This document shows, in pieces, positions 1 through 13,279 of a DNA stretch of 64,000 nucleotides (its first letter is position 1; each line of letters begins with the position of its first letter). The notes under the pieces were generated by a model, which saw only the letters and a program-made list of their open reading frames with translations, did no database searches and was not told where the DNA came from. The translations under genes were made by a program, and so were the position numbers. Source of the DNA: Somniosus microcephalus (lineage: Eukaryota); contig CM126203.1 of NCBI GenBank assembly GCA_052327205.1, forward strand, positions 204,972,001 to 205,036,000, written 5' to 3'.

Positions 1-676
1 AAACAGCATCATTGGAGGTAAAAATGCAATAAACAAGGGAAGAATTGAGGGTCCCGAGGGTGCTGTCTACAGGCAAGTATTGCGCAGGCCAAGAAACAGG
101 GAGCCATCTTCCAATCAAATTGAAAGGAATGGGAAGACTTTTAAAAGTGGGACAGAATCAGCAAGTCGAGTACATAAAATTAATTAAAGCTCCTGCAGAT
201 CAAAACTGCCAGTTATTTGTTGTATCTACCAGGCTAATGGTTACTTAAGTGAATATCAGAGGCTCACTTAAGTTGGACTGACTGCACATTCTACCGTTAC
301 CAAATAACTCATCTCAGTTAATAATCACTTTTTCCGGGATGATCAGTAATATTATGATCCATTTTAGGTACAATACATAAAACTGCTTTTGGATTAATCG
401 CCTTGGTAAGTCTGAACAATTTGACTGGAGCAGGTTGGATGACCAAATAAAATATACGTACATCAGCAACTCTCCAAATAATAAGTCAGTCCGTTACAAT
501 AGGAACAAGCATTAATTCAGCTTAATAATATGGAGGCATTGAGTGATAATACTGATAATATAAATGATTTTCTCTACTTAGAACTATTATTAAAAGAAAG
601 ATAATTAGAGAAAAAACTTTTAAAACAGAATCAGTGACTGCAGAACAGGTTTTTAAAGCCAGAAATGGTTATACAT

Positions 677-1505
677 CAACAACAACAACAACAAAAACTT
701 GCATTAATATAGCACCTTTAACGTTGAAAAATGTCCCATGGCACTTCATAGATGCATAATCAGACAAAAATGAATGTTAAGACAAAGAAAAAAATATTGG
801 GAGATGTGATCAAAAGCTTGGTTAAACAGGTGGGTTTCCAAGAGAGTCTTAAAGGAGTGGAGGGAGGTGGAAAGTCAGCAGGGTTTAGGGAGGAGATTTT
901 AGAGCATGGGGCCTAGACAACTAAAGGCACAGCTACTAATAATGGGGTGAAGGGAGGTGGGGATGCACAAAATGGCCCTGTGGGTAGGGCTAAAGGTGGT
1001 TACAAAGAGTGGGAGGAATGAGGCTATGACAGTATTTAAACACAAGGATGAGAATTTTAGATTTGAGGCATTAGGGAGGAGCCAATGTAGGTCAACAAGA
1101 ACAGGGTCGATGGGTAATCAGGACTTATTGTGGAATAGGAGACAAGCAGCAGAGTTTTGGATGGACTGAGGTTAATGGAGGAAGGAGGATGGGAGGCTAT
1201 CCATGAGAGCACTGGATTGTCTGAGTCTGGAGGTGTCAAAGGCATGGGTGAGGGTTTCAGTGACAGATGGGCTGAGCCAGAGGCAGAGGTGTGCGATATT
1301 AGAGGTGGAAATAGGCGGTTTTAGTGATGGAGAGTATATGGGGTCGGAAGCTCAACTTGGGGTCAAACAGGAGGCTGAGATTGCAAGCAGCCTGGTTCAG
1401 CCTGAGACAATGGGCGAGGAGGGGGATGGAATCAGTGGTAAGGGAACAGGGTTTGTGGTAAGGGGTGAAGACAATGGCATCAGTCTTCCCAATATTTAAC
1501 ATCAA
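677..1505 (-). mobile_element. L2-clade LINE 3' fragment
   Basis: ORF 1299-1505 LNIGKTDAIVF...LFDPKLSFRPHI..ITKTAYFHL is the L2 RT C-terminus; the minus strand ends in ...aaatgcaag-like tail plus (gtt)n. Confidence 0.85.
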
Positions 1506-1699
1506 TTTTGCCTTTATCTTTAGGGGTTAATTTTATCCCAGCAACATGATCAAACAGTATTAGTTTATATTCGTATCACATTAGCATGTGATGTTGTTGC
1601 CAGACGGGGGTGGCAGACTTTTTTTTTAAAGAGTAGAACAGTGGAAGGAGTGCGGACCATATTAATGTGGCGCTGACTGCAAATTAATTTTTGGAGTGT

Positions 1700-2000
1700 T
1701 ATTGGCCCATAATTTGCGATCAGCGGCGAAGTGACGACAATCACCGGTGACCTCGAAGAAAGCAGCCCACAGAGATCGTGTGAATTTTTGTCAGTTCTAC
1801 TGATTTCATGGATTGTTGGCTATGGCGTTGTGTCCACAGCACAGCCTGTGGCGGAGCACGGAATGACTAGCCGCAACTTCAGGATTTCCGCGTGTATCTG
1901 AGCATGGGCTAAATCCTGAAGTTACGGTCAGTTTCAGAGCGGTAATGACCGCAAATGCTGACATTTTGCCGTCATTAGCACCGCAAAATCTGGGCCAATA
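1700..2000. mobile_element. MITE with terminal and internal inverted repeats
   Basis: TIR tattggcccataatttgcg / cgcaaaatctgggccaata; internal IR aacttcaggattt...aaatcctgaagtt. Confidence 0.75.
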
Positions 2001-2289
2001 TATGCTACATGATTCATTATGAATATATTTTGTAGGATTTACACTCAAATTATGTTTATTTTTAAAAAAAACTTTCCTAATTTTATTTTTCTTCCATATG
2101 GAAGACACTGAATCAAGGAGGGCTCCAAAAGGAACAGTCTTTCAGTACCTTGCCTTATGTGAGTGTTGGCAAGCTATTCAGTCACAGCCGTGTCTGATCC
2201 ATACCCGATGTTGACACACACAAACTTGTCAGCAGGGTTACTAAGTATCAAACAGGAGGACAAACTTAATCCTCTCTAGTCCACTCTAG

Positions 2290-2790
2290 GGGTTTGAGCA
2301 CATTATCTAGGCCAACACTTCAGTGAACTACTGAGGGAGCACTGCACTGTCAGAGGTGCTGTCATTTGGAGATGTTGAAATCATCTGCCTGTTCAGGAGG
2401 ACGTATAAGAATCTATGGCACTGTTCAAAGACGAGCAGCTGAGTTCTTTTGGTGTCCTGGCCAACATTTATCCTCAATCAACATCTCTAAAAACAGATCA
2501 ACTGCTTATTTATCTGGAAACATTCAGCAGGTCAGGCAACATCATGGAGAGAGAAACAGAGTTAACCTTTCAGGTCGATGACCCTTTGTCAGATTATTTC
2601 TGATTTCCAGCGTCCGCAGTATTTTGCTATTGCTTGTTTATCTCGCTGCTGTCTGCAGGACTGGTGTGTGCAAATTGGATGCCAAATTTGCTCATATAAA
2701 AGTGACTCCATTTCAAAACCAATACAATAGCTGTTCGGCACTTTGGGATGTTAAGAGGTCATGAAAGACGCTATACAAGCCTTTTCTTTT
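2290..2790 (+). mobile_element. Deu-domain-type SINE with nested Penelope-derived fragment (~2515-2630)
   Basis: Similar to SINE copies at 5339-5770 and 6557-6803. Interrupted by cagcaggtcaggcaacatc...ttaacctttcaggtcgatgacc, which also occurs in the Penelope repeat at 15252. Confidence 0.7.
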
Positions 2791-2954
2791 AAGCTTGGGT
2801 GTACTAAGGGTAAATTGTAATGTATTTACCCACCAAACTGAGCATTAATTTACACCTGCTGGTGCACTGAAGTATTGGGGGAGCTCAGTACTAGTTATTT
2901 TAATGTTAGTTATAAATTAAACATTTGGAAAGAAAGAAAGGAAGACAGACTTTC

Positions 2955-3070
2955 TACACTGTTGTAATTTAGGAAACACAGCAACCAATTTGCACACAGC
3001 AAGCTCTCACAAACAGCAATGTGATAATGACCAGATCATCTGTTTTTTTTTTAGTGATGCTGATAGAGAG
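2955..3070 (-). mobile_element. SINE fragment (same family as 5339-5770)
   Basis: Shared ggaaac..gcaaccaatttgcacacagcaag..cacaaacagcaatg block. Confidence 0.65.
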
Positions 3071-5338
3071 ACACATGTTTAGGAGGGAGGGCAATTAAGG
3101 GGCGTGGAGAAAAGGCAGGCAATGAGGTGAAAGGGATAGGCTGTGGCGGCTAACGGAAGGTAGAGCCTCCTCCTGTTCCCATTTCTCTTCTACCCACCCC
3201 CCCGTCCCCCTCAATGAAAGGAATTAAATTACAGGAGTCAGTGGCTCCCACAGTGAAGGTATGGAGGAATCACAGTGACAGCAAGTGCAATGGGCAGTGT
3301 GTGGATTTCTGAAATCACCGAGTGACTGATCAGACATCATAGCTCAGGCACAGAGAGAATAAGAACACGTCACCCCCCCCCCCCACGGTGAAATAAAAAT
3401 AAACCCGACCACAAAATGTCCAGGGTCAGCGGGGGGGAGGGGGGTGCAGGGCTCCAGACTCACTTCCAATATCACATTCTGTGTAACCCTTTTGATATGA
3501 AACTAATCTCTCAGATTCCACGTAATCTCTTGTCTACAAATGTATACTGGCAGTATAAGGGTTAAAACGGTGCCCTTGAAAGCAAGGCCACATGCGTTTT
3601 ACTCTGATCAACTTAAATGGTTAATACTTCTCTAAGTGATAAATAGGTTGTTAAAGGAGGATGTGGGGAAGACAAATGTCTAGCTCCATCTGGCTCAACA
3701 GCTAACTGGCAATTGGAACAAATGTTCAAATATTACAAACAGGATATTGACTAAGAAAGAGACTGTCGCAAGGCACGCAGAGGCAAGGCTAGAAACTCAT
3801 TCGTTTGAGAAAAACTAATCTGATACTATACTTAGACAAAGGAAACAAAGTTCTTTAAACAAGTTAAAAGTAAGTGGACATCAAATTTTTAAAAAGGTAA
3901 AAAATTATTGAATCAAGACTTTTGGAGGATTAAACAGACTCCAACTTTATTAGCTAAAAACAGTACATTAGTCTTTATCATAATGGGCAGAAATACCTGA
4001 ATCAGTGCAACAAGCAACACAATGGATTGATTGTTCATCACAACTAGAGGGGCCAGGCCATACCTGAATTATCTTACACGTTGATTGTCATCAGATAAAC
4101 GAGATATTACATTTGCCAGTTTCACACTGGTACAATCTTGAGAGTGGTACCAGCAAACAGCATCAAGTTATATTGCCTTTGGCAATCACCAAATATAGGC
4201 ATAAATTTTTAAATGCTAGTTAAGAGCCAATCAAATGTTCAAAGTGAGCCAGTGAATTACTTGAGTAATTTATAAACTTTCAGGTTTAAAATGTTGGCTT
4301 TGTACCAGTTGCATTTATTCTCTGGCCAGTGTGGGACATCCTCTGATGCAGAATCCCTGACACCAGTTTGGCTGCCATTGCACTGCACATTTTGTGTTGC
4401 TGGATTCATTTCACAATGATGCAAGATGTGCGATATAACTGCACTTTAAAGCAGCCATATATTTTTGTTAGAGTCATTTAACATGTAAAGTTAATAATGA
4501 GGGTTATATGCTTTCTTAGAGTGCCGTTTATACCTTAGATATCGGCAGAGTTTTATTACCGTGCCAACTGTACTCTGCTTGCTCCCCAGCTAATTAATGT
4601 TAGAAGAGTATAAATAACAATATCCTCTCTAACTCTAAAATGATTTGAAATTGAGTTTCTAAAATACTCGGGAGAAATCATGATTTAACCATCACTTTGT
4701 ACCAGGCTGGAGTTATCCTACCATCTTAGTACAAAGCCCAGACAGTGTTAAATTACTTATTAGAGATGGTCTCAGACCTCTTGGCTTCAGTGTGCATAGA
4801 TTGCCAATCTGACTTCCAAGTTACATTGCTGCTTTTGCATCAATACACAGTCAAAACCAATTCACATCAATGTGAAAGCTGTGGTTATGACAAGACTATT
4901 TTACTAATTTCACTACACATATTGAATTTCTCATGTTACGTTAACATAGACCATTGCTGGAGCTGTACAAATTAATTCTGAGAACTGGCTTTTGTTCGAT
5001 TTTGCTTATCTTCCTCACTTTTCTAACCATTATTGTCCTAATATTCCCTTTATGATTAATTAGCTTGTTAGTACACAGATTAGTCAAACCCTTGATATCT
5101 GTAACGGGAAACAAAGGTTAACTCTCATCAATGCTGAAGTGAAGTGAGAACTGCAGACTGTGATTTTTCTTGTATTTAATTTTTATGTAGGGGTGAATCA
5201 AACTGAAATTCTTATGTCACAGGAACCACTTTTCCAATGCTGTCAGCATAACAGAACCACATTTAAGTAAGTCCATGAATGTTAATGTGGGTCAGAAAGC
5301 TTTTGACAAGTTGCTGCGCAAAAGATTAGAAAGAGATG

Positions 5339-5770
5339 AAAGAACTTGCATTTCTATAGCGCCTTTCACAACCTCGGGACTTCCCAAAGCGCTTTACAGC
5401 CAATTAAGTACTTTTGAAGTGTAGTCACTGTTGCAATGTAGGGAAACGCGGCAGCCAATTTGTGCACAGCAAGGTTCCACAAACAGCAATGAGATATTAA
5501 CCAGATAATCTGTTTTAGATATGTTGGCTGAAAGATAAATTTTGTCCAGGACACCAGGGAGAACTGTCCTATTTTTTTCGACTAATGCCATGGAAGTGAA
5601 AGTGCCGATGGGGCCTCGTTTTAACATCTCATCCGAAAGACGACACCGACGACAGTGCAGCACTCCCTCAGTACTGCACTGAAGTATCAGCTTGGATTTT
5701 GTGCTCAAGTCTCTGGAATGGGACTTGAACCTACAACCTTCTCAAGAGTGCTACCACTGAGCCAAGGCTA
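5339..5770 (-). mobile_element. tRNA-headed Deu-type SINE, near full length
   Basis: Minus strand: A box (tggctcagtggtagc), B box (ggttcaagtccc), conserved body, L2-like tail ...aaaggcgctatagaaatgcaagt. Confidence 0.8.
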
Positions 5771-6556
5771 ACACCTAGGTTACTTAAAGGCTTACTACAA
5801 AGATCTTGGATTGGATACGGACTTGGTTTCCTTGATGGCAAAGGATTAATGGAGTTCATTCTGTGTAGAAACCGATTACTACTGTAGCTCCACAGCGATC
5901 TGTATTAGGACGGCTGCTCCTCATTTCTATTTAATGATTTAGATGAAGGTGTTGTGGGTACTGTCCACAAGTTCAAGGATGACACGAAGATTTGTGCTTG
6001 TGTTAGGATCGTAGATGAGAAAGAGAGACTTCAATCTGATCTGGATGCAATGGCGGAATGGACCCACATCTGTCAGATGTCCTTTTAATGTAGAAAAGGG
6101 TAGTGTTGTTCATGTGGGTAGAGTTAACACAAAGCATGTATACACCATGCTTGGTACAGAATTAAAGTCTGTTGAGTGGTAAAGTAGCCTAGGAGTTACA
6201 CTCTGAAGGTGCACACACAGTGCTGGGGAGCTATTGTGAAGGCAAATAGAGTATTAGGAAGTAAAGGATGGACAATCCAGTATAAAGCAAAAACAACTAT
6301 AATGTCCTTGTACAAGATCTTGGTTAAGCCTCATCTGGAACACTGTGCCCAGTTTTGGTCCCCTCACATGATAGATGATATAGTAAACCTGGAAAAGGTT
6401 CAAGGAAGGGTCACTAGAATGACCCCTAGTTTAAAAGCCTTTTATTATTGTAATAGGCTTAGTCAGCTGGGTCTTTTTACACGAGAAAAGCATAGATTTT
6501 GGGGTGATTTAATTAAAATATTACAAGTAATGAATGGGCTAATTTCTTTCAGATAA

Positions 6557-6803
6557 GATGTTAAACAGAGGCCCAACCTGCCCTCTCGCGACATGAAATA
6601 TCACACGGCACTATTTGAAGGAGCAGGGGCATTCTCCCCGGTGTCCTGGTCAATACTTCATCACTAAAACAGATTATCCAGTCATTATCACAATGTTGTT
6701 TGTGGGACCTTGCTGTGCGCAAATCAGCAAATGTGTTTCCTACATTACAACAGTGATTACACTTCAAAAGTACTTCATTGGCTGTAAAACGCTTTGGGAC
6801 GCC
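6557..6803 (+). mobile_element. SINE fragment (same family)
   Basis: Reverse-complement similarity to 5380-5630. Confidence 0.75.
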
Positions 6804-7035
6804 CTTTGCCTTTCTGAATCTAACCTATTTGAATTAGATAGGTTAGGGAAAATGAGGGGTCTTTTGTATAAGCTATATAAACATTGAACTAGGTTAGATG
6901 TCAGGAGGTTTTCTTTTCCCAGAGGGATTTCAACACTTATAAAAAAAAAGTCACTGGCTTGTGTGGTGAGTGCAGATATGTTGCCAATGATGAAAAAAGT
7001 GGCTGAATGAGTTCCTTGCTATGGCGAATATAAAT

Positions 7036-7910
7036 GCATTGGACAGGTTGGGTGATTGGGCAGAAGCATGGCAGATGCACTATAACGTGGATAAATGTGA
7101 GGTTATCCACTTTGGTGACAAAAACAGGAAGGCAGTTTATTATTTGAATGGCAATAGATTGGGAGAAGGGGAAGTGCAACGAGACCTGGGTGTCCTTGTG
7201 CTCCAGTCGCTGAAGGTAAGCATGCAGGTGCAGCAGGCGGTTAAGAAGGCAAATCGTATGTTGGCCTTCGTAGCGAGAGGGTTCGAGTACAGGAACAAGG
7301 ATGTCTTGCTACAGTTGTACAGGGCCTTGGTGAGACCACACCTTGAGTACTGTGTGCAGTTTTGGTCGCCTTACCTGAGGAAGGACGTTCTTGCCATGGA
7401 AGGAGTGCAGCGAAGATTCACCAGGCTGATACCTGGGATGGCAGGAATGACGTACGAGGAGAGATTGTGTCAATTGGGCTTATACTCACTGGAGTTTAGA
7501 AGATTGAGAGGGGATCTCATCGAAACCTATAAAATTCTGTCAGGTCTGGACAGACTAGATGCAGGAAGGATGTTTCTGATGGCCGGGGAGTCCAGAACCA
7601 GGGCTCATAGTCTAAGGATAAGGGGTAAGCCATTTAGGACTGAAATGAGGAGGAATTTCTTCACCCAGAGAGTGGTGAACCTGTGGAATTCTCTGCCACA
7701 GAGGGCGGTGGAGGCCAGTTCATTAAATATATTCAAGAAAGAGTTGGATATGTTTCTTGAGGCTGAAGGGATCAAGGGATATGGGGAAAAGGCAGGGACA
7801 GGGTACTGAATTTGGATGATCAGCCATGATCACATTGAATGGCGGAGCAGGCTCGAAGGGCCGAATGGCCTACTCCTGCTCCTATCTTCTATGTTTCTAT
7901 GTTTCTATGT
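7036..7910 (+). mobile_element. Young 5'-truncated CR1 (HER1-like) LINE
   Basis: Open RT C-terminal ORF to 7809, 3'UTR hairpin, (ctatgttt)n tail; highly similar to 62931-63796. Confidence 0.93.
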
Positions 7911-8297
7911 AAAAGGCAGGTGGGATGTTGAGTATGTATCTTATGGTCTCTGTGGTCTCCTAAACTCGTTTTGATCGCCTAAGGGGGTTGGAGAGGAATT
8001 TCCCAGATTTTGTTTCCCCTGAATTTGCCTGGGGCTTTTTAATCTGTTTTCTTGCCTCTTCCGGGCAATTACATAGCTGCTGATGAGAGGGGACACTGGG
8101 AGTCATGATGCTTAATTACGTTGTGAGTGTTTGGGATTGGCTTTTCATGCGTTTGTATGTTTCATATTTTGCTGTTACTGCAAATAGGATAGAATTGCAC
8201 ATTTTTTAAGCGTAGCTGCCAAAGCAATTTGCACAAATAAAACATTGCCTCTAACGTCTGAACTTGTGTTCTGTCCTCAAGTGCAGAGCATCCTTAC

Positions 8298-8380
8298 CTA
8301 CTCGGAGGCTTCAGTTTCTTTTTCAGGCCAAGGTAGAATTTTAAGGATTTCACAGGCACTTCTCTTTCAGCTTTATTGCT
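8298..8380 (-). CDS. ARAP2: ARAP2 coding exon (PH5 domain, middle)
   Basis: Acceptor aattttccag|, 83 nt = SNKAEREVPVKSLKFYLGLKKKLKPPS, donor |gtaagg. Phase 0 start matches the previous exon. Matches the ARAP-family motif FY.G.KKK.KPP. Confidence 0.9.
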
Positions 8381-8888
8381 CTGGAAAATTTAGACATTTT
8401 AATTAGTAAGCAAATTGAAAAGACTTTGGTCAATAAACATTTATTAGATCATTAGGCTGGCATTCTCAAAAGAAAGAACAACCTTGTTCTCATTCATCAC
8501 TTGAACCTTTGATTGACTATCAACGCATTATAACGGAGTCAGACATTCTCAAAACTGTTATTTTGTTGTTTGTTCGGGTCTCAAAAATACCATAAAAGCT
8601 AGAGCACTCTGTGTACTTGCTCACAGAAGAAAAACATCATTCGTAATCATGTATGAATGCAAGTTATTGAACCAAAGTTGATGCTGAAACTGGTCAGATT
8701 GTACTAGTTTTATTTTTAACAGCACAAAATTTGAACCGTCGAAGCTTACATCACAGGAGGAGGACATTCAGCCCACTGATGGTTCTTTGCTGGAACTCTA
8801 GATTTGACTTTAAGATCAAAGCAATGGTACCTTAAATAACAATGCAAGAACAACAGATTTGTGTTTATTAATACTACATTTAGGACAT

Positions 8889-11800
8889 TGTGGTAAACCA
8901 CTGTTATTGTATCCTACTGTTATCGTTATTGCATATTGTTACCTCTGGTTGGCGCTGTGTACCAATGCATGCCTCAGCTGGCTCCGCCCACATGACCAGG
9001 TATAAAGGCGGGTGTTTCGGCAACCCACTTCCTTCTTGGAACCAGTTGGCCATGAGAGGCATGCTCTGTTCTTTAGTTAATAAAAACCTCTTCATCACTT
9101 TCCTAATTCATCGCCTTTTATGGAGTAATTGATAAGCGTATCAATTTTATTAACTAAAAGTAAAATGTCCGGAACTGAGCAGCAACAACAGCAGGCATTG
9201 CTGCGAGCCCTCAGACCAGCATGCCTGGACCTCGACCCTCAAGCAGCGGGTTCATCGACCAATTTCGAACACTGGCTGAGCTGCTTTGCATCCTTCCTAG
9301 AAGCCTCCGCCGTGACATCGGAGGAGAACAAACTAAAGGTTTTGACCGCCCAGGTGAGCCCTCAAGTATATACACTCATCCAGGACGCTACTACGTACAC
9401 GGCGGCCCTCGAACTACTAAAAGGGCAATACACGCGCCCAGTGAACACGATTTACGCCAGACACCTCTTGGGATCCCGCAGGCAGCAACTGGGGGAATCG
9501 GTAGAGGCATTTTTACGGGCGTTACAGACGCTCTGCAGGGACTGCGACTGTAAGGAAGTAACAGCTGCGGGGCACGCGGAGGGACTTACCTGTGATGCCT
9601 TCGTTAGGGGCCTCCAGTCCGACTACTCCCGGCAGAGACTGCTCGAAAGCAAGGAGCTCGACCTGAAGACGACCGTAGCCCTTGCGCTCTTGTTAGATGC
9701 GGCCCACCGAAACCTCGAAGCATACTCACGTAACGGCGCCGCGCCATGGCCATCGCGACCTTGGGACATGGGACCGCCGCCCCCGGTACCAACTGCTGCA
9801 GCGATGTCCCGAAATCAACCGGGACCGCCGCCCCCGGTACCAACCGCAGCGATGCCCCGTAACCAGGCCCAAAAATGCTATTTCTGTGGCCAGTTAAAAC
9901 ACCCTAGAGCGCGCTGCCCGGCTAAGACCGCTACCTGCTCGGGCTGCGGGAAGAAAGGCCATTACGCCAATGCCTGCAGGGGGAAACCCGCGAACGCCAG
10001 CAGCGCCGCATGCGAACCGTGGGGGCAGCCATCTTATCCGCCATTTTGTGCACCTCCGGCCGCGTGGGGACCTGAATCATGGCCGCCGCCATTTTGTCTG
10101 CTGCACTCAACCGCCATTTTGTCTCCGGACTCGACCACCGTCTCGTCGGATGACCATATCGACTCACTAAGCCATACACTGGCCTCCGTTACGCTGGATC
10201 AAGCCCTGCCTCATCATCTGTCCAGGTCCATGATGGACATCACGGTAAAAGGCCGCGCCACCACTTGCCTATTTGACAGCGGGAGCACAGAGAGTTTTAT
10301 TCACCCCGACACGGTACGTAGCCACTCCCTCACGGTCCTGCCAACGCGCCATCGGATTTCTATGGCGTCTAAGTCCCATTCAATGGACGTCGGCGGCTAC
10401 TGTGTGGTGACCCTTTCGGTTAGGGGCACAGAATATAAAAATTTTAAACTTCTTGTCCTGCCCCGTCTTTGCGCTGCCGTGCTGCTAGGGTTGGATTTTC
10501 AGTGCCACCTTAAAAGTGTCACATTAGCATACGGTGGACCCCTCCCCCCACTCACAGTCTGCAACCAACACCTTTTAAATCGCCCGCCGCACACCACTTG
10601 CAGCCTTTCCACACTCAAAGTCCCCCCCCTCCCTTGTTCGCTAACCTCACCCGCAACTGTAAACCCATCGCTACCAAGAGCAGGCAGTACAGCGCCGGGG
10701 ACAGAGCTTTTATTAGCTCTGAGGTGGAGCGGCTCCTGAAGGAGGGCATTATTGAAGGGAGCACCAGCCCCTGGCGAGCCCAGGTTGTAGTCGTTAAAAC
10801 CACCGATAAACGCCGCCTGGTCATTGACTACAGCCAAACCATAAACCGGTACACTCAGCTGGACGCATACCCCCTTCCTCGCATATCTGATATGGTCAAT
10901 CAGATTGCGCAATACAGAGTATTCTCCACCATTGACCTTAAGTCAGCATACCACCAACTCCCCATCCGCCATGAGGACCGCCAGTATACCGCCTTCGAGG
11001 TGAACGGCCGCCTCTACCACTTCCTTAGGGTTCCCTTCGGCGTCACCAACGGGGTTTCGGTCTTCCAAAGGGAGATGGACCGGATGGTTGACCAGAACGC
11101 GCTGCAGGCCACCTTTCCCTACCTGGATAACGTCACCATCTGCGGCCACGACCAGCAGGACCATGACGCTAATCTAGAAAAATTCCTCCGTACGGCCCAG
11201 CGGCTGAACCTAACGTACAATAAGGAGAAATGTATGTTTCGCACCAAACGCCTTGCCATTCTCGGCTGCGTAGTGGAGAACGGAGTCATCGGGCCCGACC
11301 CCGACAGAATGCGCCCCCTTATGGAGCTCCCCCTCCCCCACTGCCAAAAAGCACTGAAGAGATGCCTGGGGTTTTTCTCTTACTATGCTCAGTGGGTGCC
11401 CCACTATGCGGACAAAGCCAGACCCCTCATCAAATCCACCTCCTTCCCCCTGACACCAGAGGCGTGTGCAGCCTTCACTCTTATCAAGAGCGATATTGCG
11501 AAGGCCACAATGCACGCAGTGGATGAGTCCATCCCCTTCCAAGTGGAGAGCGATGCATCCGACTTCGCCCTAGCTGCGACCCTTAACCAGGCGGGGAGAC
11601 CCGTGGCCTTTTTCTCAAGGACCCTCCAGGGCCCCGGGATTTGACACTCCTCTGTCGAAAAGGAGGCCGAGGCTATTGTGGAAGCGGTGCGTCACTGGAG
11701 GCATTACCTGGCCGGAAAACGGTTTACCCTTCTCACTGACCAGCGTTCAGTTGCTTTTATGTTCAATAATAAGCAGAGGGGCAAAATCAAGAACGACAAG

Positions 11801-13279
11801 ATCTTGAGGTGGAGAATTGAACTCTCCACCTACAATTACGATATCTTGTACCGGCCCGGGAAACTCAATGAGCCCCCAGATGCCCTATCATGTGGTACAT
11901 GCGCCAACGCGCAGGTTAATAGACTGCAGTCCCTCCACAATGACCTCTGCCACCCGGGGGTCACCAGGTTCTTCCATTTCATCAAATCCCGTAACCTGCC
12001 TTACTCCATCGAGGAGGTCAGGACCATGACCAGGAACTGCCAAATCTGTGCTGAGTGCAAACCGCATTTTTATAGGCCAGACAGAGCAAGCCTGATCAAG
12101 GCCACTCGCCCCTTCGAGCGCCTGAGCGTCGATTTTAAAGGGCCCCTCCCCTCCTCTGACCGCAATGTGTACTTCCTCAACATAATTGATGAGTACTCCC
12201 GTTTCCCGTTCGCCATCCCTTGCCCAGACATGACCAGTACCACGGTCATCAAATGTCTGAATGACCTCTTCACCCTGTTCGGGTTCCCTAGCTATATACA
12301 TAGCGACAGGGGCTCATCTTTCATGAGCGACGAACTTCGTCAGTACCTGCTCGCGAGAGGTATTGCTACGAGCAGGACCACCAGCTACAACCCCCGGGGG
12401 AACGGCCAGGTGGAAAGAGAGAACGCGACGGTTTGGAAGGCCGTCCTCTTAGCCTTAAAATCTAAGGGCCTTCCTCCCTCTCGCTGGCAGGAGGTCCTCC
12501 CTGCGGCGCTCCACTCCATCCGGCCACTGCTTTGTACTGCCACTAATGCCACCCCTCATGAGCAAATGTTCGTTTTCCCCAGGAAGTCCACATCGGGAAC
12601 CTCGCTACCGACATGGCTGACTTCTCCTGGGCCCGTCCTACTGCGGAGGCACGTGAGGACCCATAAAACAGACCCCCTGGTCGAGAGGGTGAACCTCCTA
12701 CACGCCAACCCCCAGTATGCCTACGTGGCGTACCCAGACGGGCGGGAGGACACGGTCTCCATACGAGACCTCGCACCCTCGGGTGCCCCTGAATTACCAC
12801 CGTTATCCCCCACCACTTCTCCCAACCCAACCCCTGTAGAAGGCATGCCGGAGCCCCAGGACCCTTCGTTGACCACCCAGACACCAGATTCGACGTTGGA
12901 TACTGCACCACCGCCGCCGCCACCACGATGATCAGGACGTCATACAAGGCCTCCTGATAGACTTACCTACACGAACTTGTAGTACACTTCACCCCGCCGG
13001 ACTAAATTTTAAACAAGGGGTGAATGTGGTAAACCACTGTTATTGTATCCTACGGTTATCGTTATTGCATATTGTTACCTCTGGTTGGCGCTGTGTACCA
13101 ATGCATGCCTCAGCTGGCTCCGCCCACATGACCAGGTATAAAGGTGGGTGTTTCGGCAACCCACTTCCTTCTTGGAACCAGTTGGCCACGAGAGGCATGC
13201 TCTGTTCTTTAGTTAATAAAAACCTCTTCATTACTTTCCTAATTCATCGCCTTTTATGGAGTAATTGATAAGCGTATCA
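8889..13279 (+). mobile_element. Full-length Ty3/Gypsy LTR retrotransposon A
   Basis: 255-bp TG..CA LTRs at 8889-9143 and 13025-13279 (4 mismatches), TSD GACAT, PPT aaacaaggggtgaa, gag-PR-RT-RH-IN order; no TGG-type PBS. Confidence 0.97.
9165..12982 (+). pseudogene. Gypsy A gag-pol (disrupted)
   Basis: Two CCHC knuckles, protease LFDSGS, RT YLDN, RNase H DAS, integrase HH-CC and DDE region. Frameshift at poly-C ~10621-10633; in-frame TGA at 11642 and 12929 (probable CGA>TGA). Confidence 0.92.

Larger units (their letters stand above)
5280..8170 (+). mobile_element. Old degraded CR1 LINE (RT to 3'UTR), split by two SINEs and a young CR1
   Basis: KAFDK remnant at ~5296, KF.DDTK at ~5968, ORF 6209-6556 (LYKILVKPHLEHCAQFWSP); 3'UTR module at 7911-8170. 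Confidence 0.7.

Noticed and set aside
3465-3535. Minus-strand ag...gtgagt exon-like segment
   Set aside because: The only open frame (TRDYVESERL...) has no ARAP similarity and its phase does not fit.
4561-4590. Possible next ARAP2 micro-exon (minus strand ag|c tgg gga ... |gtaat)
   Set aside because: After WG the peptide (ASRVQLA) does not resemble the expected PH5 continuation and the acceptor is weak; the true exon probably lies left of the window.
10615-10640. Gag/pol frame change in Gypsy A as a programmed frameshift
   Set aside because: It falls in a poly-C run after the protease; a homopolymer indel or sequencing error is more likely.
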